Below, piece by piece: positions 27,758 to 32,000 of a DNA stretch of 32,000 nucleotides. Each line of letters opens with the position of its first letter. Position 1 is the first letter of the stretch. Source of the DNA: Candidatus Saccharimonadota bacterium (GTDB lineage Bacteria > Bacteroidota > Bacteroidia > Cytophagales > Amoebophilaceae); assembly GCF_965196625.1 (NCBI RefSeq), contig NZ_OZ239769.1, positions 570,001 through 602,000 of the forward strand. The letters are read 5' to 3'. The notes under the pieces were generated by a model. The model was given only the letters and a program-made list of their open reading frames with translations. It made no database searches and was not told the DNA's origin. The position numbers and the translations under genes are program-made.

Positions 27758-29158
27758 TTATAGGCTGGCTTCAAGTTTTTTCAAAAGGGCATTAGCGGTC
27801 AGGTAGCCTTTGTCTTTGCTTACTTCAAGTGAACGTTTGATGATAAAGGTAAGCAGCTGGGTAGGGTGGAGGCCAATTTCTGCTGCTTGATCAAATAAAA
27901 AGGAGGCAGGATGCATGCCAGCGGTAGTATTCGGGTCGTTTAATAGGATGGTATGATCCTTGGTAAGGAAGCCATCTATACGGGCATATACTGTACAGGC
28001 CAATAGTTGGAATAGGGCCACTGCCTCTTTGCGAATGGCATCCAGTAGCGGGCTAGACAAGCACATAGGGGTTTGTTTCCGTACGATACCAGGCAAATAT
28101 TTGGCTCTATAATCAAAATGAAGATTGCCTTTTAAGATTTCAGTTGGTGGCAGTGCAATGGGGTGGCCTTTTTCGGCTTCTAGTACAATACAAGAAAATT
28201 CCCGCCCTTCTATAAAGGCTTCTATGATAATGGCTTCTTCTCTATGTGCGCTTATGAGTAGGATAGGCGCCTGCTTGGTTTGCAAATAGTGCGTTATATA
28301 GTCTAGTAAGGCATGGGGCGTATAGAAAATTTGTTCGTCTACTAATAAAGGGAATCCTATGCCTTCGCGTAGGTCTATGAGTCTATTAAACCAAGCTTTT
28401 TTATCTGCTGGTGTATAGCTTGTCCAGCGATCATAGCTGATGGTTTCGATAAAGAATGCTTTATGAACGGCCGTTGTAAAGACATCTAGTCTATCGTCTT
28501 GTACAATCGCCACCCCTATAGAGGAGCCTTGTTTGCCGCTTTTTACAACGAAAGGCAGACCGATGGCAGCGATGATTTCGTCTAGTAGCCTGCTTTTATC
28601 CGCCCTGTTCAGCCATTCTTGTTGCGTTAAAACCAAAGAAGGGGCGACTAAAAAACCTGCATTTTGTAAAAGCTTTTGTTGAAATATTTTATGGATGCCC
28701 AGTGCGGATGGCAATATGCCGGATCCTGTATGGGGCATTTGGTACCATGCCAATAGCCCTTGAATCGCGCCATCTTCTCCATAAGGGCCATGCAAGCAGA
28801 GAAAAGCGATATCGAAATATTTTGAAAAATCAGCGGGTTCTATTTTGTGCCCTATTTTTTCGATAAATGGCTCATGGCTTTCAGTGGCAGCTAGTGATTC
28901 TATGTAAAGGGGAATGCCCCAAAAATTAGCTGCAGCAGCAGAGGGATAGAATTCTCGAATGGTGCCCTGGTAAAGATATTGTGTATGGAGTAGGATAAAG
29001 TTCCCTAGGCTATCTACAAAAACGGGAATGGGCTCAAATCTTTTCCGATCTAAATGGTCGTACACCGTACGCCCGCCGGCAAAAGAAACCTCACGTTCTC
29101 TAGATTGCCCTCCAAAAAATATCCCTACTCTAATGGGTATCAATAAAGCATTATGCAC
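27758..29158 (-). CDS. ddl: D-alanine--D-alanine ligase family protein (ATP-grasp), unusually long
   Basis: IRVGIFFGGQSREREVS, LHGPYGEDGAIQGLL, VVKSGKQGSSIGV, IEGREFSC and ARIDGF...NDPNTTAGM. 466 aa versus the usual 300-380 aa. Confidence 0.85.
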   Translation of the reverse strand: MHNALLIPIRVGIFFGGQSREREVSFAGGRTVYDHLDRKRFEPIPVFVDSLGNFILLHTQYLYQGTIREFYPSAAAANFWGIPLYIESLAATESHEPFIEKIGHKIEPADFSKYFDIAFLCLHGPYGEDGAIQGLLAWYQMPHTGSGILPSALGIHKIFQQKLLQNAGFLVAPSLVLTQQEWLNRADKSRLLDEIIAAIGLPFVVKSGKQGSSIGVAIVQDDRLDVFTTAVHKAFFIETISYDRWTSYTPADKKAWFNRLIDLREGIGFPLLVDEQIFYTPHALLDYITHYLQTKQAPILLISAHREEAIIIEAFIEGREFSCIVLEAEKGHPIALPPTEILKGNLHFDYRAKYLPGIVRKQTPMCLSSPLLDAIRKEAVALFQLLACTVYARIDGFLTKDHTILLNDPNTTAGMHPASFLFDQAAEIGLHPTQLLTFIIKRSLEVSKDKGYLTANALLKKLEASL

Positions 29159-29207
29159 GAAAACAAGCTGTAATCTAAAGCGGGTTCATCTTATGAAATA
29201 GGTATGG

Positions 29208-30473
29208 TTAGGCCATTTTTTTTAGCCCCTCATCTTGGCTGCTTGTTTCTACTTGTCTAAGCAGTTCTAGCCGTGTTCTACTGAGTTGTTCCAATGCATA
29301 CTTTTTATCAACCACTAGTTTTTGTTGGTCTTGCAACGATGGAGCAGTGTACATTACTTCACCCATAATGCTTTCACAGATAGAACGCAGCCCTCTGGCA
29401 CCTAGTTTTAGTGCAATGGCTTGTTCTGCAATCAGGTCAAGTGTTTCTTCTGTAAAGGTTAGGGTAATGCCATCTATTGCAAATAACTTAATGTATTGCT
29501 TAACCAGTGCATTTTTAGGCTCTGTAAGAATACGCCGCAGGTCAGATTTTGTAAGCGGTTCAAGCCCTTTGATTACTGGAAGGCGGCCTACTAGCTCAGG
29601 AATCAGCCCATACCCTTTTATATCTGACGCAGAAACATACTTAAGCATATCTTTATCATCTATCTTGGTATTACGCTTTGCACAAAACTCAAATCCTATG
29701 GAATTGAAATTGATTCGATTGCTGATGGTCCTGGAGATGCCATCAAAAGCGCCTCCGCAAATAAATAAAATCTTTTCTGTATTTACAGCTGTTAGCTTCT
29801 GGTCTGGATGCTTTCTTCCTCCATGTGGGGGTGCATTGACAATAGAACCCTCCAATAGCTTTAGTAAAGACTGTTGTACCCCTTCACCGCTTACATCTCG
29901 GGTAATAGATGGGTTGTCTCCCTTACGGGCAATTTTATCAATCTCATCTACATAAACAATCCCCCGCTCAGCTGCGGTAACCTCATAATTGGCTGCATGC
30001 AACAGACGGCTAATGATGCTTTCTACATCTTCTCCTACATACCCTGCTTCTGTTAAAACGGTTGCATCTATAATACAAAAAGGTACTTCTAGCATTTGTG
30101 CTAATGTGCGGACCAAATAGGTTTTACCTGTACCGGTTTCTCCAACCAGTAATATATTGGATTTTTCAATGACGACATCATCCTCTATACTTGCCGGGTG
30201 GGCCAGACGCTTGTAGTGGTTATAGACCGCAATAGACAATGCTTTTTTTGCCTCCTCTTGCCCAATCACATATTCGTCTAAATGGGCCTTTATTTCCTGC
30301 GGGCGCAGCAAGTTAACCGGTTTAATATCATTAATCAGGTTATCTTCCTTTTGAAGTTGAATAATCTGTGCAGCTTGTGTCACACATTGGTCACAAATGC
30401 GACCTTCTGGGCCAGTTACCATCATGCTGACGATCTCACTCGCTTTTTTGCAAAAAGAACAATGGGTTTTCAT
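29208..30473 (-). CDS. clpX: ATP-dependent Clp protease ATP-binding subunit ClpX
   Basis: Zinc-finger CSFC...CDQC, Walker A GETGTGKT, Walker B VYVDEIDK, and GARGLR sensor. Confidence 0.96.
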   Translation of the reverse strand: MKTHCSFCKKASEIVSMMVTGPEGRICDQCVTQAAQIIQLQKEDNLINDIKPVNLLRPQEIKAHLDEYVIGQEEAKKALSIAVYNHYKRLAHPASIEDDVVIEKSNILLVGETGTGKTYLVRTLAQMLEVPFCIIDATVLTEAGYVGEDVESIISRLLHAANYEVTAAERGIVYVDEIDKIARKGDNPSITRDVSGEGVQQSLLKLLEGSIVNAPPHGGRKHPDQKLTAVNTEKILFICGGAFDGISRTISNRINFNSIGFEFCAKRNTKIDDKDMLKYVSASDIKGYGLIPELVGRLPVIKGLEPLTKSDLRRILTEPKNALVKQYIKLFAIDGITLTFTEETLDLIAEQAIALKLGARGLRSICESIMGEVMYTAPSLQDQQKLVVDKKYALEQLSRTRLELLRQVETSSQDEGLKKMA

Positions 30474-30492
30474 AATGGTAGTAATTGTATGG

Positions 30493-31176
30493 TTAATTTT
30501 TTAGCTCTTTCTCTTTTTCTAATACAAAATCAATGATGCCATATTCTTTGGCCTCGTTGGCACGCATCCAATAATCTCTATCTGAATGGCGCTCTACAGA
30601 AGCATAGTCTTGACCTGTATGCTTAGATAAAATGTTATAAATATCTTTTTTAATTTCAAGGATTTGCTGTATGGTAATTTCCATATCTGCAGCAGTTCCC
30701 TTGGCGCCTCCTAGGGGCTGGTGAATCATAATCCTGGCGTGTGGCAGGGAAGAGCGTTTGTTTTGAGCGCCTCCGGCCAATAATACAGCCGCCATAGAAG
30801 CGGCAAGGCCTGTGCAAATCGTTGCTACATCAGGCGAAATATATTGCATGGTATCATAAATGCCAAAGCCTGGGTATACAGAACCTCCTGGACTATTGAT
30901 ATAGAGTAAAATATCTTTTTTAGCATCAACAGATTGTAAAAAAAGCAGTTGCGCAATAATAATATTGGCAATATTATCATCTACTTGTGTGCCCAAAAAG
31001 ATGATCCTGTCCATGATCAGCCTGGAGAAGACGTCTACCTCTCTAAAATGGGCCGGCCGCTGTTCAATAACCGATCGGGTCATGTTTTCGACATCTGATA
31101 CATAGTTATGGACCTGTAAACCAGTCGCATAGCCATTTTTAACTGCAAATTTTTTAAATTCTTTTTGATCTAACAT
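30493..31176 (-). CDS. clpP: ATP-dependent Clp protease proteolytic subunit ClpP
   Basis: Ser-His-Asp contexts [14 protein letters not shown] and DRDYWM. 227 aa. Confidence 0.96.
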   Translation of the reverse strand: MLDQKEFKKFAVKNGYATGLQVHNYVSDVENMTRSVIEQRPAHFREVDVFSRLIMDRIIFLGTQVDDNIANIIIAQLLFLQSVDAKKDILLYINSPGGSVYPGFGIYDTMQYISPDVATICTGLAASMAAVLLAGGAQNKRSSLPHARIMIHQPLGGAKGTAADMEITIQQILEIKKDIYNILSKHTGQDYASVERHSDRDYWMRANEAKEYGIIDFVLEKEKELKN

Positions 31177-31286
31177 AGTTAATATGGGAGGTAAAACTTA
31201 TCTTGTTCCCTGCATTGGGTATTTTTTTGAAAGGTAGTACAAAATAATGTATTAAACAAATCTTATAGTTGGATGCGGTTCAATCA

Positions 31287-32000
31287 CTATCCTTTGGTTG
31301 GGAGGTGTGAAGTGGATGGAATAGGTTGTTGCGATGGGCTAATGCGTGCGGCGATATGGCTTTCTATTTTAGCCAGGTCATACGGTTCAAACCAGCTTGT
31401 GTTGGTATCTTTTTTAAACCAAGTCATCTGTTTTTTTGCATATTGTTTTGTGTTGGTTTTGATATCGTCTATGGCTTTTGTTAAGCTACACCTGCCGTCA
31501 ATATAGTCGAATAACTCTTTATAGCCTAATGTTTGCAAGGCATTGGTGGTTTTGTAGGGATAAAGTCTTTCGACTTCCTGGAGTAACCCTTGTTCCATCA
31601 TAGCCTCCACACGGAGGCTGATTCGTTTGTGCAACCATTCTTTTGCTTGGGCGAGTCCTATGGCTATTATATTAAATGGTCTGGTTCCTGCGCTGCATGG
31701 TTTGCGTAGGGTGGAGTAGGGCATTCCTGTACCCAAGCAGACTTCCAATGCCCTGATGACTCTTTTGGGATTTTTAAGGTCTACGGTTTGGTAGTAGGTG
31801 GGGTCTTTTTCTGCCAGCAGTTGGGTAAGGTAGGGGAGGCCTTTTTCTGCTAAGGCGGCATTTAGGGTGGCACGTAGGTGCGTGGGCAGGGTAGGCATGT
31901 CGGCTAGCCCTGCACAGAGTGCTTTTAGGTAGAGTCCAGAGCCACCGGTTGCGATGACTACCTCATGATGGGCAAAAAGGCGATCGAGCTGCGCTAATGC
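31287..32000 (-). CDS. miaA: tRNA dimethylallyltransferase MiaA (5' end beyond the window)
   Basis: The frame stays open upstream of the track's Met at 31898 to the window edge (...VVIATGGSGLYLKALCAGLADMPT...), which matches the MiaA core. The C-terminal part has KRQ.TWF-like KKQMTWFKK. Confidence 0.9.
   Translation of the reverse strand, partial: ALAQLDRLFAHHEVVIATGGSGLYLKALCAGLADMPTLPTHLRATLNAALAEKGLPYLTQLLAEKDPTYYQTVDLKNPKRVIRALEVCLGTGMPYSTLRKPCSAGTRPFNIIAIGLAQAKEWLHKRISLRVEAMMEQGLLQEVERLYPYKTTNALQTLGYKELFDYIDGRCSLTKAIDDIKTNTKQYAKKQMTWFKKDTNTSWFEPYDLAKIESHIAARISPSQQPIPSTSHLPTKG

Noticed and set aside
29347-29955. 202-aa ORF on the plus strand
   Set aside because: It is antisense to clpX with no motif, a shadow ORF.

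Overview
AT-rich Bacteroidota window, roughly 35-40% G+C by eye. The 16S signature, an ankyrin-repeat gene, a stand-alone 16S gene and a heavy load of small repeats suggest a reduced intracellular symbiont of the Amoebophilus/Cardinium type; this is inference, not verified. Left to right: a stand-alone 16S rRNA gene (482-2002) with no ITS tRNAs or 23S after it; a truncated paralog fragment, an ankyrin-repeat gene and a full-length AAA-ATPase-like/PD-(D/E)XK gene; a 700-bp repeat-dense spacer; lolA-like, frr, sufCDSE (no sufB) and dnaB. Next comes a small accessory islet (12.9-15.8 kb) holding an orphan secreted protein, a diverged duplicate of the alr 3' end, and a chimeric ORF whose second half is a G+C-rich leucine-zipper module behind an in-frame TAG. 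Then follow a fused murF-alr gene carrying a 142-bp inverted-repeat-bounded in-frame segment, a low-GC segment with a DMT-type transporter and tRNA-Lys(UUU) between repeat scars, and a minus-strand housekeeping block: prfA, rplT, rpmI, infC, lgt, pepA, ssb, ddl, clpX, clpP and partial miaA. No transposase, CRISPR array or recognisable defence or secretion operon is visible. The unusual signals are compositional and structural: the chimeric ORF, the duplicated alr end, small palindromic/TIR elements reaching into coding sequence, an eroded anti-Shine-Dalgarno tail and a compensated decoding-site change in 16S.
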